Shown one piece after another: positions 44,701 through 58,872 of a DNA stretch of 64,000 bases. The stretch is taken from NCBI GenBank assembly GCA_036785375.1, contig JAWMAR010000070.1, forward strand, positions 3,968,001 to 4,032,000, written 5' to 3'. The notes beneath the pieces are model-generated. The model did no database searches. It saw nothing but the letters and a program-made list of their open reading frames with translations, and had not been told where the DNA came from. Within the stretch, counting starts at the first letter, position 1, and every line of letters starts with the position of its first letter. The position numbers and the translations under genes are program-made. Origin of the DNA: Leucoraja ocellata (taxonomy: Eukaryota).

Positions 44701-47700
44701 AACTCTCTGCCACAGAGGGTAGTTGAGGCCAGTTCATTGGCTATATTTAAGAGGGAGTTAGATGTGGCCCTTGTGGCTAATGGGATCAGGGGGTGTGGAG
44801 AGAAGGCAGGTACGGGATACTGAGTTGGATGATCAGCCATGATCATATTGAATGGCGGTGCAGGCTCGAAGGGCCGAATGGCCTACTCCTGCACCTAATT
44901 TCTATGTTTCTATGTTTCTATGTTTCTAAAAAAACGTATACTCAAATTCTGGAACAACGAACCCACCCCCACGCTTAAAATGTGGATTTCAAGCATGTCT
45001 GAAATGTTACACCTCCAAGATATGAGATTCGTCCTAGCATGTAAAGCAGACCAATTGCTAAAGATTTGGTCTCGTTTTATCGACTTATTCCAGGTATATG
45101 GTGCAACATAACCCTGGAAATTAACTGTTTCAGAACTGGGTGAGGGGTGTGGAAAGACATGAAGCAGGCATATCCCTTCTCCATTTTATTCTTTTTCTGT
45201 TTTGTTTTCTTATTATTTTATTTTATTCTCTATTTTTTATTTCTATTTACTAATTAATGTATTTAGTTTTCGGTGGGGGGGTCACGTTTTTTTTACGGCT
45301 TTATATCTTTACGGGTTCTTTCTATCTATTCTTTCACGAACTATCAATATCACTACTTTACTTAACTTTCTCTCTCCTTCTCTTTTTTGCTTCTGTTACT
45401 TTTCTATTAATACATTTAAAACAAGAAGTTTTACACTAAATGTAATATGTAAAACACCGTTTATACTACTGTGCATTGATTCTAATAAAAATATTTATTA
45501 ATTTTTTTTTAAATCACAAAAATCACGCGAGGAATAGATCGAGTAAATACACAGTCTTTTGCCCAGAGTAGGGGAATCGGGAACCGGAGGACAGTTTTAA
45601 TATCAGGGGTGAATGATTTAACAGGAACCTGGCGAGTAACGTGTTTACACAAAGGTTGGTAGGTCCATGAAACGAAATGCCGACGGAAGTAGTTATGGCA
45701 GGTACTATCGTACCATTTCAGAAAATATTGGACAGTTACATGAATAGGATATGTTTAGAGGGTTCAGGGCCAAGAAAGGACAGGTGGAACTAGTGTACAT
45801 TGGGCGTGTTGGTCAGCGCGGGCAAGTTAGGCCGAAGTTTCTACTGTATGACTCTACGAATCTATGTAGATGGGATGGGTCCGACAGTTAAATAAACAAT
45901 GCTCCCTTTTTCCTGCTGGCAATTCCTGAAATGTAAAAGAGAATCGAAGATTGTCTGATGATATGTCCGCTCTGTGGTCAGTATTCATCACCATGTTATA
46001 GGAAAGATGCTATCAAGAAAGATTGGGTGCAGAGAAGATTTACAAGGATGCTGCCATGACTTGAGTGCCTGAACTCCAGGGAGGGATTGAGCGGACTAGG
46101 ACTTTATTTCTGGGAGAGCAGGAGGATGAGGGATGATCTTATGGCAGCTACAAAATCACGCGACGAATAGATCGAGTAAATGCACGGTCTCTTCCGTTTG
46201 AAAGCTTATGGGCTAAGCAAGGGCAGGTGGAACTAGTGTGGATGGACATGTTGGCCTGCTTCTACACTATATGCCTCTATGTAGATGGATGGGTCAGATT
46301 CCAACCTGGCGGCTCTGGCGAAGATACAGAGATGGTGGATATTGGCGAGTGTTTGATTTTCAGATGTTCACTCAGTGTCTGACTGTTTGCTCCTTTCCCA
46401 CAGAACCCGTGTCTGTTCCTGTGCTTGGGTGTCTGTCACCAGCCAATGTCTCTTGTCTCGGGGGCTCAGTGACAGTGTCCTGTGAGTCGGTCCAGGGATC
46501 CCTTCCCATTAACTACAGCTGGTATAAAAAGACCCCATCTGGGGATTCAAAGATCTCAGACAACAATGCCCTGGATCTACATTGTCAATCCTTCAAACAC
46601 CAGCACCATCAATATTTCTGCACAGCTTCAAATCAACATGGATCAAAATCCAGTGAAATGGTCAACGTGTCCATCTCCAGCAGTGACGTGCCCTGCAGTT
46701 TCCTGGTGAAAATCAACGGCACTGGTAAGTAGTGGAGGGAATGAGGAGAAGAAGGGGAAGTGGGGGTGGGGTGGTTCATAAAATCACATGTGGTAGAAGC
46801 AGAAATAGACCATTCAATCATGGCTGATGTATCTTCCCCTCCTCACCCCATTCGCCTGCCTTTTCCCCATAACCCCAGACACCCTGAAATCCATGCACGT
46901 TATTTAATTACGTTATCAAGATTAAAATTATGGAATTATTTGTCAATACTTGGTTGCTGGGCTCCAGAAATAGATTTACCAGTGCTGGTGTAGGCCAGCT
47001 TCCCGGCAAGAACTGCCTCTTATGTTTACACAGCTTTAAACTAGGTTTGCAGTGACATCAGTCCAAGCATTTTCACTTTCCATCATCTCCACATGACCGA
47101 CACTCAAATATGTGAAGGGATCAGAAATTATCAGTAAATGTGGCCACAGTTAACTCCTAGACGACGGTATCAGATTTGGTCCACTGTGTTAATGTTGACC
47201 ATTCAGTACAATCAATACTCATCCCACTTACCAGCACCTCGTCCATTGAGGCAATTCAGGTACCTCTATCTTCTCGGTTTAAAAATATTTATTTATACCC
47301 TTCAAACATCCTGCTCCTTAACTTACCCATATGTTCTCCACTTTTACACATATCTGTCATGTAAAATGTTCAAAAAATACCCTGCTGCTCATAGTTTTGC
47401 ACACCTGTAATAGATCCCCCCTTCCTCACCTGTTCTGCATGGAACTTTATAAAACCCCTATCCAACCCCTCCCCATAACTGTAATGTTTCATCCCAAGCA
47501 ATACTCCTCTCAAATGAAATTGGACCCTTTTGATTAATTTGTGGATACATCGTGGAAGCCGGTTCTTCGTGCCACTGAGTACACAACGTCCAGTAATCAC
47601 CAGTATACTAGTTCCACGGGGACAATTTACAGAAGCCAATTAACCAACACACTTGCAAGAGTTCAGACTGTGGGGAAACTGGAGCACTTGTAGAAACCCC

Positions 47701-50453
47701 ACGCGGTCACAGGGAGGAGTTACAAATTCCGTGGAGACAGCATCCGTGGTCAGGATCGAACCCGTGCCTCTGGCGGTAAGGCAGCAACTCTACCGCTGCG
47801 CCACCGTGCCATCTACACCTGGAGCCAGAGTTGTTACCAGCACTGCTGCTTGTCATGATAACATCTCCCATTTGCTGCAAATCACACAGAAGAAGCATTG
47901 CCCTGTCTGTTAAGCCTATCAACTCCGTGCATCGGAAAATCATAGCTACTTGTTAAACTGCAAGTGAAAAGCAGTGAAACTGACTTGTATTTCCTTGTTC
48001 CAACAGGTCTTGAATGTTATTGTGAAAATTCGATACCATCCAATTACTCTGCAAGGTAAAATGCTCTGTTTCCAATGAAAGTTACAATGTACTATTTGCT
48101 GGTGTTTTGATTGGGGAATGCTTTAATTGGGAGAAACTGGCATTAAATGCGTGAGAGTGTTGAGCCACAGTCTCACAACGCCACGACATTGGTTCATTAG
48201 GAGCTGTCTGTGCGTGGTCTGCATGTTTTGCCTTTAATTGTGTTGGTTTCATTCAAGTGCTCCAGTTTCCTCCCAGCTCCCAAAGATGAGCCAGTTGTAA
48301 ATTGTCCCGTGTGTACAGGAGAGTGGCTGAATCTGTGAAGAATTGGTGGGGTGGGGGTGGGGGTGGTAGTTGATGAGCAAGTGGGGGAAATAAAAATAGG
48401 ATTGTCACAGGAATCATGTGAATGCAGTTGACGGAAACGGCCTGTTTCTATACTGTGTTTCTCTATGGGTCTTTGATCCAATGAACCTAAATGTCACGAA
48501 GCATAACCAATTGTTGTACAAGTTTCAAGCCTGACACCAAATATAAACGTATCTATTAAATATTATTTAATACAATAAATATAACTTACAAACCAGTTTT
48601 TAGTTAACTCATCAGAGGGGGAATCGCACTGGTTTACATCTCATTGTGTTGTGTACATGCTTGGATGATAAGAACAAGTTCCTCCATTTGATGCTTTTCA
48701 GAGAGCGCTCCCTGCAGTATTCAACATGACTGCTCCGTCACTCACCTCATCCGAATACAGCAAAATGAGTTAACTGACTCTCTCTTACTCGTTGATACTT
48801 GAAACCATTAAATATTCAATCATAATATAGTCATGAAAGTGGGAACATTTTGTTGTTTATCTTATCACAATTGAAATAGATCTGACTTTCTATCACACTC
48901 TTGTGTTATACTTGCGTTAGCAAATGTTCATGAAAGCCACGCCGTTATGAGCGAACCTTTAACCGATTTTTCGAGCACAATTCCTCCATTCACACACCTA
49001 CCGCGTTGATCCACGAAGTATCCAGGGTGTGAGATTAAGTATAATCATTTTTTAATTAATTTTATTAATTGGCCTCATCTGTTTCCATTTTTATTGCCCA
49101 TCTCCCTTCCATTATTGGAATTGTTCCGTTTTTATTATTCCTGTCTATCCAAATGGATTTTATTATAAACTTCCTTGCAGCTGCATTTTCTTTCTTCCAG
49201 GGTATCACACTGTTCTTTGTATCCTTCCACATCCACAGTTTCCCTCTCCCGTGACTCTCGGTCTGAAGAAGGGTCTCGACCCGGAACTTCACGCATTCCT
49301 TCTCTCCAGAGAGATGCTGCCTCTCCCGCTGTGTTTCTCCAACATTTTGTGTCCATCTGTTTTGTATTCACTGTCCCAGCTCATGACTTATTTATCTGTC
49401 TTCTCTGAATCCATTTAACCGCGTAGCCTCTCATTCCCAGTCTTGTAGCCATGCCCCAACAGTGACGTCAACAATTGGTGATCATATGTTGTCCCCCCCG
49501 CCTCCCCCCAGTCCAACACCCGTTCTTTTACAAAGATGGTCTCCACTGACGCTGCCGCTTCGCCCCGCTCCACTTCACCAAGATTATGAAGCAAATGACA
49601 GGTAAATGCTTCAAAGATTAACCGTCTCGTTTCCTCCCATTGACTCCGTATTTCTTGCCCTTTGCCCAGTTATATCTCATGGGAAGTGGGGCGCTGGATG
49701 TTCTTTCTCCTGCTTGTGATCTGGAGTATCTCAACCGCGGTGCTCACAAGAGGCTCTAAGGTAGGTTTTATTGTCATCATGTTCATAAATTATAGGAGCA
49801 GAATTAGGCCATTCAGCCCATCATATCTAATCGGCCCCTAATCACGGCTGACCTATCCTTCACTCGATCCCATTCACCTGCCTTCTCCCCGTAACCATTG
49901 ATATCCTTATTTATCAAGAAAATGAAAATCTCCGCCTTAAAACATATCAATTAATTTGGACAGATACAAAAATGCTGGAGTAGCTCAGCGGGACAGGCAG
50001 CATCTCCGGTGTGAATTAACTTGGCCTTCACAGCCTCCTGTGGCAATGAAATCCATAGATTCACCAGAAGGGATTCGCCCAAAGCAATCCCTTCTCTACG
50101 CCGAATGTTTCCAAACGGTTTCCATTAACGCTTTCATATATCCTGTCCATCAATAGAAACAAAAATCGTGCACGTTTTCATATCCTGAAGTTAAACCAAA
50201 TCTCTATGTAGATGATATCACGAGGTTCTGTCAGGTTGTACGCGTGCAGGGTGGATTTTTGTGCCCGGTGTGGGATCGTTGGCATGGGATTAACTAATTC
50301 GTGGGTTAGCATCTTGCAGACAGCAATGTGTTGGGAGTGGCCGGGACAAATAAAGCGTGGTTCCCACTGTCAGTCTGTCTGTTGACTTCACATTGTCTTT
50401 TGCAGAGACGCGATGACACAGAACCTCGCCACTCGACCCACGAATTACAATGA
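31099..50453 (+). CDS. Gene C (spliced): five-Ig-domain paralog L-V2-V3-C-V4-C-stalk-TM-tail, ~608 aa; lacks V1
   Basis: Nine phase-compatible exons sum to 1827 nt, open; two CR1 insertions lie in introns. Confidence 0.78.
32645..32737. repeat. (AAT)n microsatellite (L2 tail)
   Basis: ~30 AAT units with one interruption. Confidence 0.95.
33571..33891 (+). CDS. Gene C, V2 exon
   Basis: Canonical splice sites; KYWCRVQNRQC; paralog of 15929-16249. Confidence 0.88.
34915..35235 (+). CDS. Gene C, V3 exon
   Basis: cctcag|TTTCAG; GACG|gtacgt; KYWCRGRNRSC. Confidence 0.88.
35864..36781 (+). pseudogene. CR1 ORF1 (Zn-finger, coiled coil, SGNH/GDSL esterase) with premature TAG at 35882; open from 35900
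   Basis: MSGKLI*CDACSMW..CYKCEKC; GDSIVRG, HVGTND, DGLHL. Confidence 0.85.
36721..39812 (+). pseudogene. CR1 ORF2 (apurinic endonuclease + reverse transcriptase), 1-bp frameshift at ~39160; true start uncertain
   Basis: LNARS, GITETW, VYRPP, GDFN, SDHN; NYRPVSL, PQGS, FADD; ggccattgg here vs ggccgattgg at 44167. Confidence 0.92.
40561..40881 (+). CDS. Gene C, first C2-type Ig exon
   Basis: cccacag| acceptor, GCAG|gtgagt donor. Confidence 0.9.
42074..42391 (+). CDS. Gene C, V4 exon
   Basis: ccttcag| acceptor, GAAG|gtaggt donor; KYWCPGTSRQC. Confidence 0.9.
43217..44927 (+). mobile_element. 5'-truncated CR1 LINE nested in the L1 fragment; in-frame TAA at 44542
   Basis: Very similar to 38225-39911; FADY instead of FADD; absent in gene A (2618). 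Confidence 0.93.
46404..46724 (+). CDS. Gene C, membrane-proximal C2-type Ig exon
   Basis: cccacag| acceptor, ACTG|gtaagt donor. Confidence 0.9.
48007..48055 (+). CDS. Gene C, stalk exon (GLECYCENSIPSNYSA)
   Basis: 49 nt, same splice sites as paralogs. Confidence 0.7.
49670..49760 (+). CDS. Gene C, transmembrane exon (YISWEVGRWMFFLLLVIWSISTAVLTRGSK)
   Basis: 91 nt, canonical splice sites. Confidence 0.8.
50406..50453 (+). CDS. Gene C, terminal coding exon
   Basis: ttttgcag|AGACGC..TGA. Confidence 0.65.
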   Translation, partial: RRDDTEPRHSTHELQ

Positions 50454-53400
50454 AGACTCCTACCATCTTAATTTCTGCCACCTCTTCCAAGGTTTCTTTC
50501 GTCAGCTTCGAACGATTGTTTTAACCTTTGCGTGGTTTCTGCTGCTTCAGAGTTTTATCCTATGTTAAACTATATTATATGCATACAATTTCCTGGATTT
50601 TGTTTCCACAGATTAATGAATAATAATGCAACAGAATGCTTCTTAATAAATGGTTGTTGTCAATAAACAGTTTGTCTAATTTGTTTTGATTAGACTGCTG
50701 GATATTCCTCTTGTTGCCATACATTAAAGGCGATTTGGGAAGGCATTCAATTAATATTTCAGACTATGCTATCCCATCAGACCCAAATTATGTAACGACA
50801 TTGTTCTGACTATTAGCCTTATTTTTCTCTGCACAGACGCTGACTGACGCGCTAAGCACATCCAACATGTGCAGATTTCATTGCCGATATGCAACTAATT
50901 TTTAGGTAGGAAGGAACTGCAGATGCTGGTTTAAACTGAAGATACACATAAATTGCTGGGGTAACTCAGCGTGACAGGCGGCATCAGTAGATAGATCAGG
51001 TAGGGGTAGGCAGACTGGGGGACGGTGTTCAGCGAAACGACTGCTGAGCCTGCGATTGTTCTCGCTTCTCGGCGATCGTTTTGCTGAATACCTCCGTTGA
51101 GTCCGACCCTACCTGATATCCCGGTCGCTAAACACGGTAACTCCCCCCTCCCATTCCCACACTGACATTCCTGTCCTGGGCATGCTCCATTGTCAGAGTA
51201 AGTTGCCGCACAAATTGGAGGAACTGCACCTCATGTTTCGCTTGGGTTGGTTACATCCCAGCGGTGTGAACGGTGACTTATCTAATTTCAAGTAACCCTT
51301 GCATTCCCTCTCAATCTAACACCCCCCCCCCCCCCCCCCCCCTTCCCAGTTATCCGATCAGTCTGACGGTCTCCGACTACGTTTCATCTCTAATTACTTT
51401 ATTGTTCCCTTCTCCTAGCTAACAATGAACTATTCTACACTTCCTTTGATCTGCAAACCCTTTGTCCCGTTTTCACACCTTACTGTTCCTTAACCCTCTT
51501 CCCTGACTTTAATCTGAAGAAGGGTTTCGACCCGAAACGTCACCCATTACTTTCATCCAGATATGTTACCTGTCCCGCTGAGTTACTCCAGCGTGTTGTA
51601 CATGGCTAAAGGGATCAGGGGGTATGGAGAGAAGGCAGGTACAGGATACTGAGTTGGATGATCAGCCATGATCATATTGAATGGCGGTACAAGCTCGATG
51701 GGCCGAATGGCCTACTCCTGCACCTATTTTCTATGTTTCTATGTTTCTAACAATTTATTTGGATTAAGTAATTGAAAGATACAGCATGGATACAGACTAT
51801 TTGGCCCACCGAGTCCACGTCAACCAGAAATCAACCCTTTCACACGAGTTCTATATTACACCACGTTCGCGTCTTTTGAGTACCGTAATATTGATAAACA
51901 TTTTAATGCTGCAACGAGTTGTTCACTTTGCCACCGTGCAAAGGAGTTAAAGGACTACAAACAATGGCCTATGTGGCGCAACGGTAGAGATGCTGCCTTA
52001 CAACGCTTGCAGCGCCGAAGACCCGGGTTCGATCCCGACTGCGGGAGCTGTCGGTGCGGAGTTTGTACGTTCTCCCCATAACATCGTGTTTTCTCCGAGA
52101 TCTCCAAGGACGTACATGTCGGTTGGTTAATTGGCATGCTATAAATGTAAATCGGCCCCAGTGTGTGTGGGGTAGTGTTAATGTGCGGGGATTGCTGGTC
52201 AGTGTGGACTCGGTGGGCCGAAGGGCCTGTATCTCCAAACTGAACTAAACTAAACTAAACTAGTTGAAAGTCTATTCTTGTGCAGAACAAAATGGTTGAG
52301 TTGCAGCTTGCAAAGCGCGGGGTGTGAAACTGCAAATACATTGTGTTGCTTTCCTTAGTCTGACTCGTGACTGTAGCCCCGCCCATGAAAGAACTATGAA
52401 GGATGTTGTTTGCGAATACAAAATGGTGACCTGCAATAACGGAGTAACCGCCATAAAGTACGGAAAGATTCAAAGATTGCTAAAATGTCCCACTGACAAA
52501 GATAAATATTCTCCACACAGTAAGCGGGGAGACGCGGAAATGAGACCAGAGGCTGCTGTGAACTCACAACCCCCCAGGTCAGGGATATCAGAGGGGTGCT
52601 GAATAGCCAGGGATACTTGCAGATTCTGTGGTCACGTTGATGCTGCCTGGCCCGTTCAAATAGAGCGTGTTAATGGTCTAATGGGAGGAATGATTTTGAG
52701 TTGGATCATTTCCCCATTGCAGGACGTCTCAAAGTGCCTCTCAGATAATGAGAGATAAATGGTCTGAGATGCCACAGATATACACAAAATACTGGAGCGA
52801 CTCCGCGGGAAGGGCGGCATCACTCGAGGGAAAGAACGGGTGGCATTTCGGATCGATACCACTGTTGTGTTTAGCAGTGGGTGCTGACTTGCAATGTACT
52901 TGAATCTAATATGATCAAACAGTCACTTCTCCATTTATACTGAATTGTTCTGCAGTGCTGACACTTTGCTCGCGCTGCTGAAACAAGAGTGTGTAGATTC
53001 GTATATCTGAACCGCATCTTGCGAGCAGCTCGGTGTAACACTGATTGCTGAGCAGTGTTTGCAGAAGTCATGGGTCAATGGCGAATGAAGACAGGATTAA
53101 ATTGTTTTGTTGCATCGTCGGTTCCTCTCTGCAGTGTTTTTAGTTGGGCAAGTAAACAGGAAATAAATCCCAACAAAAGATCATTTACTGAGGGTCGCCA
53201 GCGCTCAGCTAACATCAGTGGCGGACACATCAGTGTGTTACACCGATACCACGTGATACACAACAATGCCACTGACGGACACAACCCGAATAAACTGTAC
53301 TGTTCCCCTGAAAGTAACACATCCAGAACGATAGCCCGCAGCAGATATTAAGTCATATTATAATGCAACTAGTTGACTACAGAATGAAATCGTTGCAAGC

Positions 53401-54313
53401 AGATGTCCAGAATCAACCAATGGAATGTACATGACCGCAACTCTGATAATTTATTAGCACTTGTGAAGAAGACAAGTTAACAATTCAATTCACCGTGCAT
53501 ATTCTACCTTGCTTTAACTTCACTAAGTGTATCACTTCAGCAATATCCCAAAACAAAAGTTCCATGTTTTTGATCTGCACGTCCACTTACAAAATCATCA
53601 AATTGGAATGATCCGGAAGTGTACACATCTTAGACGTTTTTATTCTTCTTTTTTTTTTGTTTATTTTATTAGAAGTTAATACAGTACAAAACAGTACAGT
53701 GGAACCTAATTTTTACTCTTCTAAATGTCATATTTTATACAACGTATCATTGTTTACACGAAGGGTCCCGACCCGAAACGTCATCAATCCATTTTCTCCA
53801 GAGGTGCTGACGGGCCCGCAAAGTTGCCCCTGCATTTTTTTTGGCTGTCAATATTTCCACCATAGTTCAGTGTTAACAGACTCTGAGTACAGAGATAACC
53901 GCCGCTCCATCCTTACGGATACATCACACTTGACGAAGTGGTTGAAGCAGCTGCAATAACAACATGAAACGGGAATTTGGCCAGGTCCATGGATAGGGAA
54001 GGTTTGGGGAGATATGGGTTTAGCGTGGGCAAATTTGATTAACTTAGATGAGCATATTGGTCTAACGATTTGGGGAGAAGGGCCTGTTTCCGTGACGTAT
54101 GATTCTGTGATCATCTGACCCAACCATTTGCTAAATATAACCCTGAGCCTTTCACACTGTAACGTGTCGAGCTGCTGCTGGCTCGCTGTGGTTCACGATC
54201 TGACTTCCTGTTCCCTTCTAAGTCATTGCTATTTGAGAGACGCGGTTGTCTCTGAAAGCACAGAGTTGAGCGACAGACAGACAAGTGCTGGTCTCGTCAC
54301 TGTGGATAAAACA

Positions 54314-54350
54314 ATGTGGATTCCCATTCTTCTCATCTCCTTGCTGCCGG
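54314..54350 (+). CDS. Gene D, leader exon (MWIPILLISLLP); gene runs past the window end
   Basis: CCGG|gtgagt phase-1 donor. Confidence 0.8.
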
Positions 54351-55865
54351 GTGAGTGAAAGTCAGATCCTGATATTCCAATGATCAATGTTAGTTGGGGT
54401 CCCGTGCACCCTCTCTACGACACAGATGGTTAAGTGTGTGTAGACATGTAATGGGCGAGATGGAACTCAGTGCATTGTGGTGATGAATTTGAAATCACAT
54501 TTGAATATCTAGACAATGTTCGTAGTTTAACCACCGTTAACGTGTGGTCTAATTGCATCCTGATGGTAGTTTATAGGCATAAAATAGCGAATGTATTTGG
54601 AGCAGATACTCCAAGACACCTGGACCGAAGGACAGAGGTTCTAACATCACCAGGAAGTTCATTCTACACTAACAGAATGTGTTTACCACAGAGGTGGAAG
54701 TCAGGATTGTGGTCTCATTGTGTCAGTTCAAATATTCCCAGCATTTGTCCATCTCAACTGTGTCGCAAACTCAACAATTCCCCGGAGTCTGAGACTGAAC
54801 CACTGTCCTCGCTCTATCCACCCACCGCCAACTCTCTCTCCATCCGCTAGCGGTGCCGCCGCCCAGTCGTGCTGAAATCCAAGTTCTGTTTATTGTCACG
54901 TGTACCGAGTTACAGAGAAAAGCTTTTTGTTACATGCTAACCTGCCAGATACATGATTACAGTCGATCCTCTTACAGCGCATAGATACATGAATGGGAAA
55001 TAGCGTTTAGTGTAAAGTAAGGCCAGCAAAGTCCGATCAAGGATAGTCCGAGGGTCACCAAAGAGGTACATAGTTCAGCACTGCTCTCTGGTTATGGGAA
55101 GATGATTCGGATGTCTGATAACAGCTGGGAAGAAACATTCCCCGAATCTGGCGGTGTGCGTTGTCACGCTACTAACGCTCTCAGTTAATGGACCCGCTCT
55201 CCGTTAATGGACCCGTAACTCGTCCGTCCTCTGTCCTCAGTCAGGGCGTTGGAAAGCATTGGCGGCGGTGAATGTGTAAACACGGGTCGGCTTTCTGCGT
55301 CCGGGTGGGACTCGAGAAGGATCAGGCGCGGTCCACGGGCACCTGGGGGATTTCCGGGACATCTGGGCACCGCCTGTGGTTGAATACATCCTTGACAAGC
55401 ATTGTAACATAGTTGTATAGTAGCGTATTTAGTATATTTGTTTGTCTTGTATTATGGTGCTGGGTTCTTGTTTTATTGTAGTGTAAATACTATTTTTAAT
55501 AATTGAATAAATTATTTGATAATTTAAAAAAAACACGGGTCCTGCCCAGTGTCGGTTGAGCGATGAATGTTATAGCAAATGAAATAGCAAAGTGGGGTAT
55601 TTCTGTGGGGTGAGAGGCCGGGCACCGCCTCGGATTGTTGAAAGGCAGCTCCTGCAACACTGCCGCGCTCCCTCAGTACCGCACTGCGATCCCAGCCCAG
55701 TTTCAGCTCAGGGATCTGGAGTGGGAAGTGAACCCTAATTCTACTGATCCGGGGACAGAACACTGACACAACTGGTACAATAACAGCACTGCCTGCACTT
55801 CAGACCGGAGACATTGGCCGTGAAGCAATATGACACATCATGGAACGATTTAAGTTTTCTTTCAT

Positions 55866-55867
<2 letters not shown>

Positions 55868-55945
<78 letters not shown>
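55868..55945. repeat. (AAT)n microsatellite (L2 tail)
   Basis: 26 perfect AAT units. Confidence 0.95.
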
Positions 55946-55946
<1 letters not shown>

Positions 55947-56601
55947 CATTTTATTTGCTGGCGCCTCTCTGGACACCCAAGGACACCTTACAGGACATAA
56001 AATCACAATACAATTATCAATATTAAAATTAAGTTGCCAAAAAACAAAAAACAAAAAAATACACAAAATATTTTAAGTCATTAAAATCAGGGTGAACATG
56101 GTGGAAGTTATGTCGGGTATGCTAATCTAAACAGGTGTGTTTTGAGTTGTGATTTGAATTGATCGATAGTGTCCAGGTGACGGAAGGGAGGTGGGAGAGT
56201 GTTCCAGAGACGTGGGGCAGAGCAGCCAAAGGCTCTGGCAACCATTGTGCTGAGTCTAAATGTGGGGACAGTTTTATTGCAGCTGAGGAGGAACGAATTG
56301 ACCGGGAAGGAGTGTATGGTAGCAGCATGTCAGAGAGGTATTGGGGAGCAAGGTGCGGTAGGGCTTTGAAGGTCAGCAGTAAATTCTTATAGTTAATCCG
56401 GTGGTGCACAGGGAGCCAGTGGAGCTGAGTGAGGATGGGTGTGATGTGGTCCGATGATCTGGTGCGGGTGATGATCCGGGCTGCAGAGTTCTGAATGCAT
56501 TGGAGGCGATGAAGTCGTTTATATGAAGAAGTAATCTTCAAAATGTATCTATTTCCATCAAACAGTTCATTTTCTCTCCATCTGAAAGTTTCTCCCCTCA
56601 G

Positions 56602-56922
56602 TTTCAGGTGCACTGTGGGCAAAGGGGAATGTAAGAGGAGTTGTGGGAACAGCGACCACAATCGATTGTTACTATGCAGCAGAGTACCGCTCTCACACAA
56701 AATACTGGTGCCGTGGGAGGAGTCTCCAATGCACAGTTTTGGTGGAAACAAATGAGCAACACGGACGGAGTGGAAGAGTGTCAATCACAGATAACCCGGC
56801 ACGAGGGATATTTACTGTGACTGTGGACGATCTTCAGGATGGAGATACAGGATGGTACAGATGTGGAATTACAACATCTGCCGACCATCCAATATTTAAC
56901 GTTCATCTCGAAGTATCTGACG
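56602..56922 (+). CDS. Gene D, V1 exon
   Basis: Canonical splice sites; KYWCRGRSLQC. Confidence 0.88.
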
Positions 56923-57525
56923 GTACGTTTCGCAGCGATTGATTGACGTCTCCAGCAGAAAGACAATACAGGATTACAATCGATACTCCTACAGTGCATA
57001 GATACATGAAAATTAAATAACGTTTAGTGTAAGGTAAAGGCAGCAAAGTCCGATCAAGGGTGGTCCGAGGGTCGTCAAAGAGGTAGATGGGAGTTCAGGA
57101 CAGATTTCTGTGCGTGGTAGGATGATTCAGATGCCTGATAACTGCTGTGAAGAAATTGTCACCGCCAATGAAATAGCAAAGTGGGGTCTTTCGTGGGGTG
57201 AGAGGCCAGGCACCGCCAGGGATTGTTGAAAGGCAGCTCCTGCAACACTGCCGCGCTCCCTCAGTACCGCACTGCGATCCCAGCCCAGTTTCTGCTCAGG
57301 GATCTGGAGTGGGAAGTGAACCCTAATTGTACTGACCCGGGGACAGAACACTGACACAACTGGTACAATAACAGCACTGCCTGCACTTCAGACAGGAGAC
57401 ATTGGCCGTGAAGCAATATGACACATCATGGAACTATTTAAGTTTTCTTTCATGGAATCTTGAAAGTGTATCTATTTCCACTAAACTGTTCATTTGCTCT
57501 CCATCTGAAAGTTTCTCCCCTTCAG

Positions 57526-57846
57526 TTTCAGGTGCAGTGTGGGGAGAGATGTATGTAAGAGGAGTTGTGGGAAGTGCGATTACAATCGATTGTCACTATG
57601 CAGCAGAGTATCACTCACACACAAAATACTGGTGCCGTGTGCAGAATCGCCAATGTACAGATATGGTGGAAACAATTGGGCTACGCGGAAGGAGTGGAAG
57701 ATTGTCAATCACTGATAACCGGGCACGAGGAATATTTACTGTGACTATGGAGGATCTTCTCTCGGGCGATAAAGGATGGTACAGATGTGGAATTGCAACA
57801 TCTAACGGCCTCCCAATGTTTACCGTAGAACTCCATGTATCTGACG
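57526..57846 (+). CDS. Gene D, V2 exon
   Basis: cttcag| acceptor; GACG|gtaagt donor. Confidence 0.88.
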
Positions 57847-58872
57847 GTAAGTTTCGCAGCGATTGACTTGTCGTCTCCACTGACTCGCCACTTCCCGCCA
57901 TTCTGAAAAGGACCCGTTCACTCCTACTCTTTGCTTCCTGTCTGCCAACCAATTTTCTATCCACGTCAACACCCTTCCATGCGCTCTCAATTTAGTCACC
58001 AGTCTCCCGTGCGGAACCTTATCAAAGGATTTCTTGAAGTCTAGATACACTACATTCACTGGCTCACCTTCGTCCATTTTACTTGCCACATCCTCAAAAA
58101 ATTCCAGAAGATTAGTCAGGCATGATTTTCCTTTCATAAATCCATGCTGACTTGGACTAATTATTTTACTGCTATCCAAATGCCCCATTATTACCTCTTT
58201 AATAATTGACTCCGGCATCTTTCCCGCCACCGAAGTTAGGCTAACTGGTGTGTAATTTCCCGTTTTCTCTCTTGCTCCTTTCTTGAAAAGTGGGATTTAA
58301 CTTCACTTTCACTTTTCACTTTTCACTTCAAGTGGAATACTCAACGCATTTCCCTTCCACTGAACTGTATGAAATGTCACCCGTCAGAAGTTTGCATTCA
58401 GACTCAAATTTATAATCCCACAGTGAGGAACAAGTGTTGCTTGCGGTCTGAATACCCGGAGAGTTAAAAAGAAAATCAGTCCCCAGAGCTCATCAGTCCT
58501 CCCGGTGCAGTTCATACCGCTTCCCGCTCCCACCTCAGCGATCAGTCATTCCCTCCCCATCCCGCGCGCTCTCTCTCTCTCTCTCCCTCTGCCCCGTCAA
58601 TGGGCCCCCACCCCCAACAGCCACTGCCCACCCACCGCCCGCCAGCCAGCCTCTCCACCCGGACATTTCCCCGGTGGTAAGCAAAATAAACTCATCTTTC
58701 ACCCCATCAGCCGTCGCACACAACATATACTCCTCCAACATTTTCGCCACCTCCAACGGGATCCCATAACCAGATAACTAGCCACACCTTTCCATCTCCA
58801 CCGCTTTCCGAAGACACCGTTCCATCCGTAACTCCCTGGTCAACTGGTCCATCTGAAAGTTTCTCCCCTCAG

